The translations under genes were made by a program, and so were the position numbers. The notes beneath the pieces are model-generated. The model was not told where the DNA came from. It did no database searches and was given only the letters and a program-made list of their open reading frames with translations. A stretch of 64,000 nucleotides of DNA from Bacteroidales bacterium (GTDB taxonomy: Bacteria; Bacteroidota; Bacteroidia; Bacteroidales; Paludibacteraceae): positions 4,020 through 68,019 of the forward strand of contig JALFYY010000007.1 in the NCBI GenBank assembly GCA_022783865.1, read 5' to 3'. Positions 42,392 to 53,300 of the stretch are shown here, in pieces (position 1 is the stretch's first letter; the number at the start of each line of letters is the position of its first letter).

Positions 42392-44007
42392 TGTGCCAAC
42401 GCCTGTTTGATTTGTTGATAATGCTCCATCAGTTCTTCCCGATCGTCGGTGTCTTGCAGATTATCCAGAGCTCTTTGGATATAGAATTCCGCCAGGCGGT
42501 ATTGCCCTTGCAAATAAAGAATCCAAGCATAGGTATCCAGATAAGTGGCATTGTCAGGCTCTTTCTCTATCGTTTTCTGGCTCATGCGTTCCGCCTTTTT
42601 CAAGTCACCACCGTTCACTGCCAAAGTATAGGCATAATTGTTGAGCGTATAGATGTGGTCGGGAGAGAGTTTCAAGGTCTCTTCGTATGCTGCAAAAGCC
42701 TCATCGTACTGTTCTCTTGATATAAATATATCCCCCAACAAAGTCCACAGCGACACTTTGTATTGCAAATTGCCGGTGCGTTGCCGGATATCGGTTTGCA
42801 TCATTACTATCGCCGAATCGGTTTCTCCCCGAATCATCAACAGACGTGCCATCCACCATGTCCATTCCAAATCGTCAGGCTGATATCCGTACGCTTTCCG
42901 GATCACCTGTTCATATTCCTCATCGGTACTCGCGGAGTCGGCTTGCAAAAGAGCCATATAACTATGCCATGTCTCTTTAGAACGGGGATTGATGTCCGTC
43001 ATGGTTTGCACAAGGGGCTTGGCTTTGCCGTATTGCTTCCGAGCGATATAGAAACCGCTCAATGCTTTGTATGCCTGTTCTTCCAACGGGTAATCGTCAA
43101 CCAATTGCAGCAAAAACCGCTCGTATCGCTCTCCCTCTGTTTGCAAAAATGCCGCATTCTGTTCCAACAGATACAACTTTTCCTGCAATCCCCATTCTTC
43201 GCTACGCAATGCCTGTTCCACACAACAGATTACTTTCGGCACATTGTTTTGCTCCCGGTAGTGATGCGAAAGAAACAGATAGGCATACGCATTGTCGGGA
43301 TGCCGCTCCAATTCTTCGGCATAGAGCTGCAAGGCTTTCTGTGTCTGTCGGATATCCATATAAAGGTCTGCTCTGAGTGCCGCCATCCGGTAGTCCTCAG
43401 GATTATGCTCTACATAACGCTCAATGGCAGCAATCGCCTCTTTGGGCTTGCCCATGGCTACATAAAGCCGATAACGGTTGGTAGCATTGGCAGCATTGAT
43501 TCCCTGTAATTCCTCTACTTTGTTTTGTGCTTTCAGCGCTTTGCGATAATCTTCTTGCCGGGCATACACCGAAACCAATATATCCCAAACCTCCTCATTC
43601 TTAGGTTCAATCTTCGTCAGGCGTTCCAAGACCTGTACTGCCTCGGCAGGTTCGTCTTTCTGCAACAGATAACTCACATATTGCCGCCAATAAGCTATGG
43701 GGGCTTGCATGTATGCCAACCGATAATAATGAAGGGCTTTTTCGGTATTCCCCAAAGCCTGGTACATGTTTCCCAGATTGCTGTTGGTGGCAGCATCCGT
43801 ATCAGGTGCAAGGTTGTTGAGGAAAAGCATCAGTGCCATTGCACGTCCGTACTGCTCCAAGTCGAAACAACGTTGCGCTTCGTAGAAATAGTAGCGGAAA
43901 CGCTGTTCGTCTTGCGTCATCTGCGGCACAACGGTATCACTGCCGGGCTTTTGCCGCCGGGCATAGACAGGTTGCAACGCCACTGAGAGCGTCAACAAGA
44001 ATAGCAA
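42388..44007 (-). CDS. tetratricopeptide-repeat protein
   Basis: 539 aa with repeated A..Y......Y..A...(Y/F) TPR periodicity throughout. Confidence 0.8.
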   Translation of the reverse strand: MLFLLTLSVALQPVYARRQKPGSDTVVPQMTQDEQRFRYYFYEAQRCFDLEQYGRAMALMLFLNNLAPDTDAATNSNLGNMYQALGNTEKALHYYRLAYMQAPIAYWRQYVSYLLQKDEPAEAVQVLERLTKIEPKNEEVWDILVSVYARQEDYRKALKAQNKVEELQGINAANATNRYRLYVAMGKPKEAIAAIERYVEHNPEDYRMAALRADLYMDIRQTQKALQLYAEELERHPDNAYAYLFLSHHYREQNNVPKVICCVEQALRSEEWGLQEKLYLLEQNAAFLQTEGERYERFLLQLVDDYPLEEQAYKALSGFYIARKQYGKAKPLVQTMTDINPRSKETWHSYMALLQADSASTDEEYEQVIRKAYGYQPDDLEWTWWMARLLMIRGETDSAIVMMQTDIRQRTGNLQYKVSLWTLLGDIFISREQYDEAFAAYEETLKLSPDHIYTLNNYAYTLAVNGGDLKKAERMSQKTIEKEPDNATYLDTYAWILYLQGQYRLAEFYIQRALDNLQDTDDREELMEHYQQIKQALAQ

Positions 44008-44083
44008 TATGTATCTGAACCGTTTCGTAAAACTCTTTTGTTTATGTTTACAAAGGCTATGCCATTGCCATAGGCAGCAGCAT

Positions 44084-44518
44084 TTATTTCAGTCCGCTGT
44101 GTCCGAATCCGCCGGCACCGCGTTCGGTGTCAGATAATGTTTCCACTTCGACAAGCAGGGGCTGTTCGTGCCGGGCAATCACCATCTGGCAAATGCGTTC
44201 GCCATCGTCTATCGTCACATCTTCCGCCGACAAATTGATGAGTATCACACCTATTTCCCCCCGATAATCGGCATCGATAGTGCCGGGCGTATTGAGTACC
44301 GTAATGCCTTTTTTGAGTGCCAATCCGCTTCTGGGACGAATCTGTGCCTCGTAGCCTGCGGGCAATTCGATAAAAAGTCCGGTCGGAAAGAGTTTGCGCT
44401 CCAAAGGGTGCAACGTTACGGGTGCGTCAAGATTGCAACGCAAATCCATACCTGCCGCTTGCTCCGATTGGTAGCGGGGCAACTCGTGTCTGGATTGATT
44501 GATGATACGTATAGTCAT
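44084..44518 (-). CDS. dut: dUTP diphosphatase
   Basis: The start is at Met35 of the track ORF (MTIRIINQS...). Motifs [35 protein letters not shown] and [11 protein letters not shown] are present. Confidence 0.9.
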   Translation of the reverse strand: MTIRIINQSRHELPRYQSEQAAGMDLRCNLDAPVTLHPLERKLFPTGLFIELPAGYEAQIRPRSGLALKKGITVLNTPGTIDADYRGEIGVILINLSAEDVTIDDGERICQMVIARHEQPLLVEVETLSDTERGAGGFGHSGLK

Positions 44519-44529
44519 TGCTGTGTATA

Positions 44530-45411
44530 TTAAAAGCGTTTTTCTACCAGTACTTTCAAGCCGTCGGGCACGATACGGATATGGATTTCTTTTCCCATCT
44601 GCACAGGGTCGCCATCGCAATGGAAAGGTCCGTCGTCAGTGCGAAGGAGCGTCACTTCACGGGCTTTGATTGTATTCATAAAGAGACCGTTGTCAATAGT
44701 TTTCGTGAAGAGCTGCAATGCCAATCCGGGTGCCGCCAACATCGGAAACGGACTCATAACGGCAATATCCATTTGTCCGTCCTGCACGCTCGCTTTGGGT
44801 GCGATAAACGCATCGTTGCCCCATTGGTTGGCATTGGCAAAGGTGATAAAGAACGCATCGGTCTGCAAGTCGATTCCTTCGCCGCGCAACTGATAATGTC
44901 CGGGCTGATAGGTGAACACATCTTTGATAATCTGTTGCAGATAAGAGAAGAATCCACGTTTGCCGCCTTGCCCGAAATGCTCACTGATACAGGCATCGAA
45001 GCCCGTTCCGCAGGTACAGAAGAACGGTTGATTGTCCACCATTCCATAGTCCACCGTAATAGGTTCGGAGTTGTTGAGCGTTTCGATAGCACGGGGTACA
45101 CGGGTAGATATACCCAAATGACGTGCAAACCCGTTGCCTGACCCGACGGGAATAATACCCAATGCAGTATTGGTATGGAGCAATCCTGTTGCCACTTCGT
45201 TCACTGTTCCGTCGCCCCCCACTGCCACTACGGCATCGAAATCCATCTTGGCATATTGCATGGCAAGTTCTGTGCCATGCCCTTTGTATTCGGTGAAAAC
45301 GATATCGGGCGTCCACTGCTCACGATTAAGCGTTTTCTCGATGAGTTTGAGAATCCTGTGCTTGTTTTGCGTACCGGAAACAGGATTTATGATAAAGGCT
45401 ATATTTTTCAT
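44530..45411 (-). CDS. diacylglycerol-kinase-family lipid kinase (YegS/BmrU-like)
   Basis: [14 protein letters not shown]...[17 protein letters not shown]...[13 protein letters not shown]. Confidence 0.85.
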   Translation of the reverse strand: MKNIAFIINPVSGTQNKHRILKLIEKTLNREQWTPDIVFTEYKGHGTELAMQYAKMDFDAVVAVGGDGTVNEVATGLLHTNTALGIIPVGSGNGFARHLGISTRVPRAIETLNNSEPITVDYGMVDNQPFFCTCGTGFDACISEHFGQGGKRGFFSYLQQIIKDVFTYQPGHYQLRGEGIDLQTDAFFITFANANQWGNDAFIAPKASVQDGQMDIAVMSPFPMLAAPGLALQLFTKTIDNGLFMNTIKAREVTLLRTDDGPFHCDGDPVQMGKEIHIRIVPDGLKVLVEKRF

Positions 45412-45449
45412 ACAAACATTGTTTTCGCTGTTGATTGCATATCACCTTG

Positions 45450-45457
45450 CAAAGGTA
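45450..45457 (-). promoter_or_regulatory. -7 box TAccTTTG (lipid kinase/dut operon)
   Basis: 39 nt upstream of ATG 45411. Confidence 0.5.
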
Positions 45458-45737
45458 CAAATTATTTTACAATTGGACAAAGGAGCAAAAACAATTCATA
45501 TTTTGACAATTTACGATTTGACAAAGGAACAAGGATAAAGGAGCAAAGACGAATTACTATTACTCAGTTAATCAATTAGGGCTCTGCCCGCTCAATTACC
45601 CGATTACTCAGTTCTTCATTTTCTCTAAAGTGACCTGTTTTTTGTCTTTTGTCCCGGCTTTAGAGTTGATTCGTGTTAAAAAAGATAAAAAAGCACTGTG
45701 GTAGCCGATTAATACTGATTTGCAAACACTATTTGAA

Positions 45738-45781
45738 CAGGGAATGAACAACGAATGAAGAGGGAATGAAGAGGGAATGAA
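45738..45781. repeat. 11-bp tandem repeat x4 (GAGGGAATGAA)
   Basis: cagggaatgaa caacgaatgaa gagggaatgaa gagggaatgaa. Confidence 0.85.
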
Positions 45782-46032
45782 CAGGAACGCACTATAAAAA
45801 GCGACTAAAATTGCCTCAAAACAGTCCGTTTTTGTCCTTGAAAAATGCCTTGTCTTTAGTGAAGATTAAAAAGTATTAACACTTCAAATACGCAGGCGAA
45901 GACAGATAATTTGTCAATTGGACAATTTACAATGACAATTATGCGGGCAAGACACCCACACCCCGGCAACATTGACAACACCCCGTACACCTCAACAGAT
46001 ACAACTCTAATTGTTATTCTATGAAACCTGCA

Positions 46033-46100
46033 TGACCCTTGTATGACCCCTGTATAAACCTTTCAAGGGATATGAGGAGTACGCAAGGGGTCTGAATGAA
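46033..46100. repeat. dispersed repeat, copy 2
   Basis: Same orientation as copy 1. It lies about 130 nt upstream of the promoter box at 46192. Confidence 0.85.
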
Positions 46101-46191
46101 ATTTCCATTAGTAAATACAACGTTTACGAAAGATGTAAGATGTGAAGACCTTGAAATTTGCGCAAATATTTACATATTGGGATGTTTTTCG

Positions 46192-46199
46192 TATCTTTG
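46192..46199 (+). promoter_or_regulatory. -7 box TAtcTTTG
   Basis: 28 nt upstream of ATG 46227. Confidence 0.5.
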
Positions 46200-46226
46200 C
46201 AAACGAAAACAAATTACAAACCACGA

Positions 46227-46685
46227 ATGACCACTACACCCGAACAGCACAAAGCCATGATGGCAGATATGAAGTCTTTCGACGAACCAATGCCTGCCGT
46301 GGGAATATTTTGGTACGACCCGGAGGAGCACTCTTTCTTTGGTGTCCGCAAGAAAGAAATGACTCCCAATATGGAAGAAGAAGCTGCGCAGAAAGGACTA
46401 CCCTTTGTCAACTATCAAAGGTTGCATTACAAAATTTGGCAACAGGAACACTATCGGGCATTGGCAAAAAACGAACCCACCAAGTTCACTGGCGACTATA
46501 CTCAAATTCCTCGAGGACGAGTAGCGTGGAACATCAATAAGTTCATTGTTTTTGTAGGTCAGTGGGCGAAAGATATAGGGCCGGAACTAACCGAACTCAT
46601 CGAGAAAGAATTTGCGCTCCCTTATTTCGAGTTCCTCTACGATGAGCATTGGGATCTCGGTCATGGCTGGTCGGGAGATTTGTAA
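46227..46685 (+). CDS. hypothetical cytoplasmic protein (152 aa), family not recognised
   Basis: The start is set at MTTTPEQ, 28 nt after a TAtcTTTG box at 46192-46199 that lies inside the longer track ORF. Codon composition resembles the core genome. Confidence 0.55.
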   Translation: MTTTPEQHKAMMADMKSFDEPMPAVGIFWYDPEEHSFFGVRKKEMTPNMEEEAAQKGLPFVNYQRLHYKIWQQEHYRALAKNEPTKFTGDYTQIPRGRVAWNINKFIVFVGQWAKDIGPELTELIEKEFALPYFEFLYDEHWDLGHGWSGDL

Positions 46686-46722
46686 GAAAATAATACATAT
46701 TCACCAATATCTATATAATTTT

Positions 46723-48135
46723 ATGAAAAGAATACATGTAGTAATTATCCTATCCATTTTTTGTTGTGCAGCCTCTGCACAAAATAAAGCTGTTTCTGTT
46801 TCCTCGAATAATACAGAAATGCAGATTTTGAACGAATTACAAGAAATTCATAAAATCCAGGAAGATGCAAAACGCAAAAGGGAAGAGATTAGAAAACAAC
46901 ATAGCAATCAGGTTGAGAGAGATTCTACAAAGATACCTCCGCATGAATATGGAGTAATGCTTAGTATTGCTGAGAATACTGCTGACAAGCCATTAACCGA
47001 CGGATGGAATTTGTTTGGTTGGGTGACAATTTTTTTGGCCATTGTTTCTATTGCATGCGCAATTATAACATACATCGCGCAGAAAAAGACTGAACAACAT
47101 ACCGAAAACGCCCCGCTGAACGCTCAAATCGGGGTCTTGAAAGATTTGCCACGGCATTTTTACCGTAATCTTGTCTGCACTTGTGCATTATTATTAAAAT
47201 TCAGAGATGCGGCAAATAGTAATAAAAATGGAACACGTCGTCAGTATCCGTCGGAGGCAAATTTATATAAACTTTCTACACTGCCTGATGAATTTATCTT
47301 GCCCATAGACATTTCGGATGATGATGTATACAAAATAATGCATGAGGCAAAGTTGCTTTTCAAGAACTATAATACGGAAATTGAAGTAGCCGCAAAGCAT
47401 TTTACTATCAAAACTTTGTCTGATGAGTCATTAAAGAATGATTATGATAATCTTTTGTTTAAACCATTCTATCTTACTTTCAGAATGTTTGCACTTGTAG
47501 ATAGACTTTTCTATAATAAGAAAGTGAAAGAAAAGGAAAAGTGGAACAATATTTCTTATACAATATATGCTTTTGTAAAAGAACATCTTAGCAAAATGGA
47601 TTACATGGATTTAAAAAAAATCTTGGAAAATAAAGATAATGAATTCGATAATGAATTGTCTATACTTAATAAGATACGTTCTGATGAGGCTTTTATCAAT
47701 GCTGTAGGATATAAACAGAATAGTATTGAGCGCGGGGTGAAGCGGATTATCGCATATGAATTTAATGGAAAGGATAAAATAGATTTTATTGACCGCTATG
47801 CAAAGGAGAAAGATGAAAACGGCAAGAGTGGCAAAACAGATACAAACAAACCTGAATTCGACAGGGCGGAAATTAATCGGGACAAGTTCATAAAATATTT
47901 CGAGGAACTTTATAGAAAAGAAGAACCTAAAACGACCAAAGCTATTGATTGTTTGATGTGTTTGACTGGTAAACAACAAAGTTTGGTCAACATAGATTGG
48001 GACGAAAACATTAAAGCATATTATTTTGATTTCTTCGAAAAGGATACATGGGATGTTGAAGAACTTGTTTTCAGAATTTTAAAAATAGATACAGTATTGG
48101 AAATGAGTAAAATAGGAATGATAGACTGTCAATAA
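46723..48135 (+). CDS. hypothetical membrane protein (signal/anchor, coiled coil, TM, ~330-aa C-terminal domain), AT-rich
   Basis: The start is set at MKRIHVVIILSIFCCAASAQ (Met38 of the track ORF). There is a TM at WVTIFLAIVSIACAIITYIA. Sampled lines give roughly 23-35% GC against about 50% in neighbouring genes. Confidence 0.6.
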   Translation: MKRIHVVIILSIFCCAASAQNKAVSVSSNNTEMQILNELQEIHKIQEDAKRKREEIRKQHSNQVERDSTKIPPHEYGVMLSIAENTADKPLTDGWNLFGWVTIFLAIVSIACAIITYIAQKKTEQHTENAPLNAQIGVLKDLPRHFYRNLVCTCALLLKFRDAANSNKNGTRRQYPSEANLYKLSTLPDEFILPIDISDDDVYKIMHEAKLLFKNYNTEIEVAAKHFTIKTLSDESLKNDYDNLLFKPFYLTFRMFALVDRLFYNKKVKEKEKWNNISYTIYAFVKEHLSKMDYMDLKKILENKDNEFDNELSILNKIRSDEAFINAVGYKQNSIERGVKRIIAYEFNGKDKIDFIDRYAKEKDENGKSGKTDTNKPEFDRAEINRDKFIKYFEELYRKEEPKTTKAIDCLMCLTGKQQSLVNIDWDENIKAYYFDFFEKDTWDVEELVFRILKIDTVLEMSKIGMIDCQ

Positions 48136-48416
48136 AATTGTAATCGAATTACAACAGATATAAAGTCCGATACTGATTGCAAAATCTTATATAATAGAGA
48201 CGGTTACAGAAGATATATTATAGCACTAATTATTGAGGAAAAATTTGTGTAATCAACGGACTGTCCAATGCTGAAATTGTGTACGAATTAGGAGCAAGAA
48301 GCCGGTCGTATCTATTGGGACAAACAACAGAGTGCCAAGCAAATGGGCAACTCTTATTGAAGCATATATTAAAGAACAACTGCATTGAATGAGCAGTAAC
48401 GATTCGGTGCTCTGAT

Positions 48417-48449
48417 ATACATGCGTGAAGAAAAAAGAAAGACGGGGCA
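48417..48449 (-). terminator. REP-like palindrome AGACGGGGCATGCCCCGTCT (copy 4) with T-run; likely intrinsic terminator for murQ
   Basis: On the minus strand the 20-nt hairpin is followed by ttcttttttcttc. It lies about 110 nt downstream of the murQ stop. Confidence 0.55.
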
Positions 48450-48557
48450 TGCCCCGTCTTTACAATTAATTACTCTGTCGGTCAGTTTCTCTGTTTTGGA
48501 ATTGCTCAATCAAGCTATTATTCCAACTACTCAACTGTGCAAATATCCAACCGTCCG

Positions 48558-49376
48558 TCAGTCTTTTTCGGCACGATAGGCATCGACGGCTTTTTTCACA
48601 GAGCCGTGCAAGAGCAAGAGATGTTGAGCTGTACCATAGTCGAGCCCGAGTTCCTCTACAATCATACGCGTACCACGGTCAACCAGCTTCTTGTTCGACA
48701 GTTGCATATTGACCATCTTATTGCCTTTTACGCGACCCAACTTGATCATCGTCGTGGTGGTAATCATGTTGCAAATAAGCTTCTGTGCCGTACCGGATTT
48801 GAGGCGCGTACTGCCCGTTACGAACTCCGGTCCTACAATCGCTTCGATAGGAATTTCCGCTTCTTGTGCCACAGGTGAATCGGGATTGCAAGAGATAGAA
48901 GCCGTCAGCATACCATGCTCACGGGCATTGCGTAATGCCCCAATCACATAGGGTGTAGTGCCGGAAGCCGCAATACCGATAATAGTATCGAGGCTGGTCA
49001 CTTTGTGGTCGAGCAACTCCTGCCAACCTTTGTTCTGGTTGTCCTCGGCATTCTCCACAGGGTTTCGCAATGCCGTTTCGCCACCGGCAATCAATCCGAT
49101 TACCACCGTAGGCGGCATACCGAAAGTAGGAGGTATCTCGCTGGCATCCAACACGCCCAAACGTCCGGACGTGCCTGCACCCATATAAAAGATGCGTCCA
49201 CCTTGCATAACACGCGGCACAATGCGTTCTACCAACTTGGTGATTTGCGGTATGGCTTTCTCCACTGCAAACGCCACTTTCTTGTCTTCTTCGTTCATCT
49301 CGGTGAGCAACTCAGCCACCGATTTTTGGTCGAGATTGTCGTGCAACGACGTCTGTTCTGTTATCTTGACAAACAT
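48558..49376 (-). CDS. murQ: N-acetylmuramic acid 6-phosphate etherase
   Basis: GGRIFYMGAGTSGRLGVLDASEIPPTFG...GIAASGTTPYV...STRLKSGTAQK, a SIS-domain MurQ pattern. Confidence 0.9.
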   Translation of the reverse strand: MFVKITEQTSLHDNLDQKSVAELLTEMNEEDKKVAFAVEKAIPQITKLVERIVPRVMQGGRIFYMGAGTSGRLGVLDASEIPPTFGMPPTVVIGLIAGGETALRNPVENAEDNQNKGWQELLDHKVTSLDTIIGIAASGTTPYVIGALRNAREHGMLTASISCNPDSPVAQEAEIPIEAIVGPEFVTGSTRLKSGTAQKLICNMITTTTMIKLGRVKGNKMVNMQLSNKKLVDRGTRMIVEELGLDYGTAQHLLLLHGSVKKAVDAYRAEKD

Positions 49377-49412
49377 AATATCAAATCAGGTTAAAGAGGT
49401 TCAACTACGGCA

Positions 49413-50273
49413 TTATGCCTCTGCGGGTTTGATGTCGCCTTTGTGGTACTCTTTCAAGCCCTCCATAGGCGATTGCAAGATTTGCGCCAATTGGAAACCG
49501 TTGTCAGCCAGCACTTTTTTCAGTACGTCTTGATAATAGTATGCAATAGAGCCGATAAAGCCCACCGGCAAAACGGGATATTGCTTCAGGTTACGCACCA
49601 CAAACTGATTGAAGTGGTCATATACCAAAGCATAGATTTGCGGGTTGTCGATATTCTCGGCTGCAAACTTGCTCATCGATGCCAAATAGCGGTTAGGGAA
49701 AGGCTTGCGATAAACATTGTCGATGATTTCGGCTTGGGTAGTATTGTACTGCGTAAGGAATTTCTGTTTGAGTTCTTCGCCCAACTGATTCTTCAGCAAA
49801 TCAGCCACCAAGCGTTTGCCCAACACTGCCCCGCTACCTTCGTCACCCAAGATAAAACCGAGTGCCGGAACGTTCTTCACGATATTCGTGCCGTCGAAAA
49901 GGCAAGAGTTGGAGCCTGTTCCCAAGATACAAGCGATACCATCGGTATGTCCGATCAGTCCGCGAGCTGCACCTACCATATCGCTCTCCACCGTGACAGC
50001 GGCTTGCCTGAAACAGGCTTGGAGGGCTTCAACAACGAGTTTCTTCTTCTCAGGCGTACAACCGGCACCATAGAAGAATATATCGGTTACAGGACCTACC
50101 CACATCAAATGCCCCATCTGCGGCAACAACTGATTGGAAATAGAAGCCTTGATACCATCAGAAGTCTGATAGAAAGGATTGATACCATCGGTAAAAAACT
50201 CGGATGTTTGTCCGTTGGCTGCCATCAAGCACCAATGTGTCTTGGTGGAACCACTGTCAGCAATAAGAATCAT
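49413..50273 (-). CDS. BadF/BadG/BcrA/BcrD-type ATPase, N-acetylglucosamine/MurNAc kinase-like
   Basis: MILIADSGSTKTHWC...ACILGTGSNSC...GFILGDEGSGAVLG. It lies immediately upstream of murQ in the same orientation. Confidence 0.75.
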   Translation of the reverse strand: MILIADSGSTKTHWCLMAANGQTSEFFTDGINPFYQTSDGIKASISNQLLPQMGHLMWVGPVTDIFFYGAGCTPEKKKLVVEALQACFRQAAVTVESDMVGAARGLIGHTDGIACILGTGSNSCLFDGTNIVKNVPALGFILGDEGSGAVLGKRLVADLLKNQLGEELKQKFLTQYNTTQAEIIDNVYRKPFPNRYLASMSKFAAENIDNPQIYALVYDHFNQFVVRNLKQYPVLPVGFIGSIAYYYQDVLKKVLADNGFQLAQILQSPMEGLKEYHKGDIKPAEA

Positions 50274-50353
50274 AGTATTGATAATTAAGTTGTTATTTTA
50301 TGTATATATATTTCTTTTCCATATGCAAATCCGCATGATTTGCATTCACGCTG

Positions 50354-50361
50354 CAAAGATA
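50354..50361 (-). promoter_or_regulatory. -7 box TAtcTTTG (kinase-murQ)
   Basis: 81 nt upstream of ATG 50273. Confidence 0.5.
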
Positions 50362-50398
50362 CGCAAAAATCAAGACACCGCAACCATCATTTTATATG

Positions 50399-53300
50399 CT
50401 ATACAACAGCATTTTGCACAAAAGGCACTTCTTCAATCCGTTTGAGATTGATATAACAGAGGTATCCCCGTGGTTCGTAGCCCATCTTAGAGAGGAGCGA
50501 CATATAATCGTGCACCTGACGGTTGTAGGCAGGACGAGGCATGTTGCCAAACTTATAGTCAATAACAACAGCCGTTTTATCTTTCAGCAAAATGCGGTCG
50601 GGACGACGGATAGTGCCGTCGGGCAACAAGATGTCCTGTTCGTTAAGATCGGTATATTCACCGGAGAACCAATCGGTAGAAGCCACCAAACTGTTGAACT
50701 TACGGAGTTCTTCATTGAGTATTTCCACATCACGAGGCGTGAGATTGCCCTCCTGCTGCATCTGAAGAAGCAAGGGTTGTTCATCGTCGAATCTATGGAT
50801 TTGTTGCAATATATTGTGCATAACGCTTCCGAGATTGACAGGCTTTGAGAAGTCGGGCATAGCATCTTCAGCGGTCAAATATGTTGCAGAGGAGAGCTTG
50901 ATACGCAAACGGTTGTTCAATGGTTCGCTCATCCGCTTATCGGTTTGCATTACTTGTCCGGCAGCAGGCATCGGGGCATTGTGCACTTTCTCGCCACGCT
51001 CATATATATTATCGGTGAGTCGGTTATTCTCCGACAAGACCTTGTGCAACAGCGCACCCATAGTTGAAGTATTGTCTTTTTTGCAAACCGGCGCATATAC
51101 ATAGAGTTCACGTTTGGCACGCGTGAAAGCCACATACGTAAGATTAAGATTATCAATATAGGCATTCTGCTTCTCCTGATAATAATCTTCAGCAAATGAG
51201 GTATCAGCCATTTTATCGCTATACATCACCGGCAGAACAGGCAAGGGACAAAGAGGCAGCAATGTGCTTTTCTTCGGGTCAAGCCACAAGAGCGGTATTT
51301 TATTCGCCGAAGCGGGAACACCTTTTTCCCAGTCGCAGAAAGGAATGATAACCACATCGTATTCCAATCCTTTCGACTTGTGCATAGTGAGCAATTGCAC
51401 TGCACCGGAAGAGTCTGACGATGCAACCGACAATTTGTCAGCATGTTCGTTCCACCATTGCATAAAGCTATAAAGATCCGCCTGATACTTGGTGATATAG
51501 CGATACACACAATCCAGGAACGATTGGAGATAGGGTTTCGCACTGTCGCTCTTGTCTAATCCGAAAAGTGTAACGAGTGCCTGCACTTGGTCGTAAAGAG
51601 GCAAGCCGGCTATCGTTTGCAATGCCGATTGTTGTTCCTCGGAGAAAATACGGTTTCCGCTGACGGCACATTGTATTGCCTCATCAGCATTCTTGCCCAT
51701 AAGAAGAGCATATTCATAACAGGTATTAAGGCTTTGTACCTTATCATCGGGCGATTGGATTATCGCTAACAATCCAACCAAAAAACGCACTTCACGTGAC
51801 GCAGTGAGCAGCAAGCCTTCGTTTGACATTACGCGAAAACCTCCGGCGGTAAGGCATTGTGCCACTTCGCGGATTTCTTTGGAATTGCGCAACAATACGG
51901 CTACCCTGCCTAATGGGATATTGCGACTTTGTATATCCCGGAGCAAGCCGGGCAATCGCTCCAATATATCTTCGCGGAAAGAAGTCCTGGTGGTACTATC
52001 CAGGAACTGAAAACGCACATACCCCTGTTCGCCTGTCTTCTGCGGATGCTGCTCCAAGGTGGCAAATACATTATGTATCTTGTCTGTCAAAGCAGGATAT
52101 GATGCGCCTGTAAGACCATTGATTTCGTCATTCTCCGCTTCTGCAAGCAAACGAAACACATAGTTGTTGGTTTCCACAATCTGTACGTCGCTTCGCCAGT
52201 TGTCTCCCAAATTCACTTTTGTGATTTGGCCCGCCGAGAAGTCGTCATCGAGTTGCGACAACATCAGGTTATAGTCGGAATTGCGGAAACGATAGATACT
52301 CTGCTTTACATCACCTACCACCAGATTGTATTGTCCGGTAGCCAAAGCCTCTTTGAGCAACGGACGGAAATTATCCCACTGCATACGGCTCGTATCCTGA
52401 AACTCATCGATGAGATAATGCGAGAGGCGTACGCCTATCTTGTCGTATACGAAAGGCGCTTCTTCGTTGGCACTAATCACATCGTTAAGCAGTCGGTTGG
52501 TTTCGTCGATAGGCAAGCGGTTGAGTTCTGCATTCTTCTCACTTATCTTTGCAGAGATATCCGACAGCAACGACAGATACGGCAGTTTATCCGAAACGAG
52601 CAACAGTTCGGTGAGTTGGGCATAAAGTCCGATCCAGTTCCGTGCCAAAGGTTGTATTGCCCGGGCTGCAGCAATGAGAGCGTCTTTATTGCTCCCCTTA
52701 TAAGTTTTAGCCACAGCCGATTCCGCATCGTTTTCCGCAAACTTACGGAATGTTGCGGTAAACTTGGCGTTTCCTTTGCGCAAGTCACTCCTTGATGCAT
52801 AGAAAGGATTGAACAAACTGCCATTCCTGATAAAATCCTCTTTTGCCAGATGGTTGCCCGCCAGCACATTTTTATAGTCTCTGCCTGCATCGAGCATCTG
52901 TTGCAGCAACGTGTCTATCTTGGTTTGGAGTTCTTTCTGAAACCGGTAGAAAGCTTGCGGCTGATTATCAAAAACATTCTCCAGCACTTTCCGGTGTACC
53001 TTATAAACCTCCTTGTTGAGTTCACGGCTCAAAGACAACACCTTTTCTTTGATGCTCACATTGTCATCTTCATTGATACTGCCGGCAACCAACTGATGCA
53101 ATGATTTCACCAAAGGGTCTTTCGGATCAGAAGACAAATCAAAGAAAAAACCATCTACAGCTTCTTGCAGGATATGCTTGCTATCCAACTCAAGATTATA
53201 GCTGCCCGGCAGATTCAATTCACGGGAGAAACTGCGGATAATGCGTTGGAAGAAACTGTCGATAGTGGATACCGCAAATGCCGAATAGTCTTGCAATATA

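Noticed and set aside
44519-44620. N-terminal extensions in the longest-ORF calls for dut (44084-44620), lipB (to 56418), SUI1 (to 54127), the MaoC gene (to 15053), 46158/46612 and 4740-5111.
   Set aside because: The extensions are Arg/Cys-rich or unlike the family N-termini. They contain the TAnnTTTG promoter box or overlap the upstream gene. Internal Met codons give canonical family N-termini.
5697-46057. The identical 25-nt direct repeats at 5697 and 46033, considered as attL/attR of a 40-kb integrated element.
   Set aside because: The interval contains core genes (rimM, dut, FKBP, M23, TPR) and no integrase, excisionase or conjugation genes. The repeats are better explained as copies of a dispersed intergenic element.
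48237-48392. Open frame reading ...INGLSNAEIVYELGARSRSYLLGQ..., reminiscent of a LuxR/resolvase-type HTH and possibly a transposase or recombinase remnant next to the AT-rich gene.
   Set aside because: Only about 19 residues resemble an HTH. There is no start codon and the rest of the frame has no recognisable similarity. This is too weak to call.
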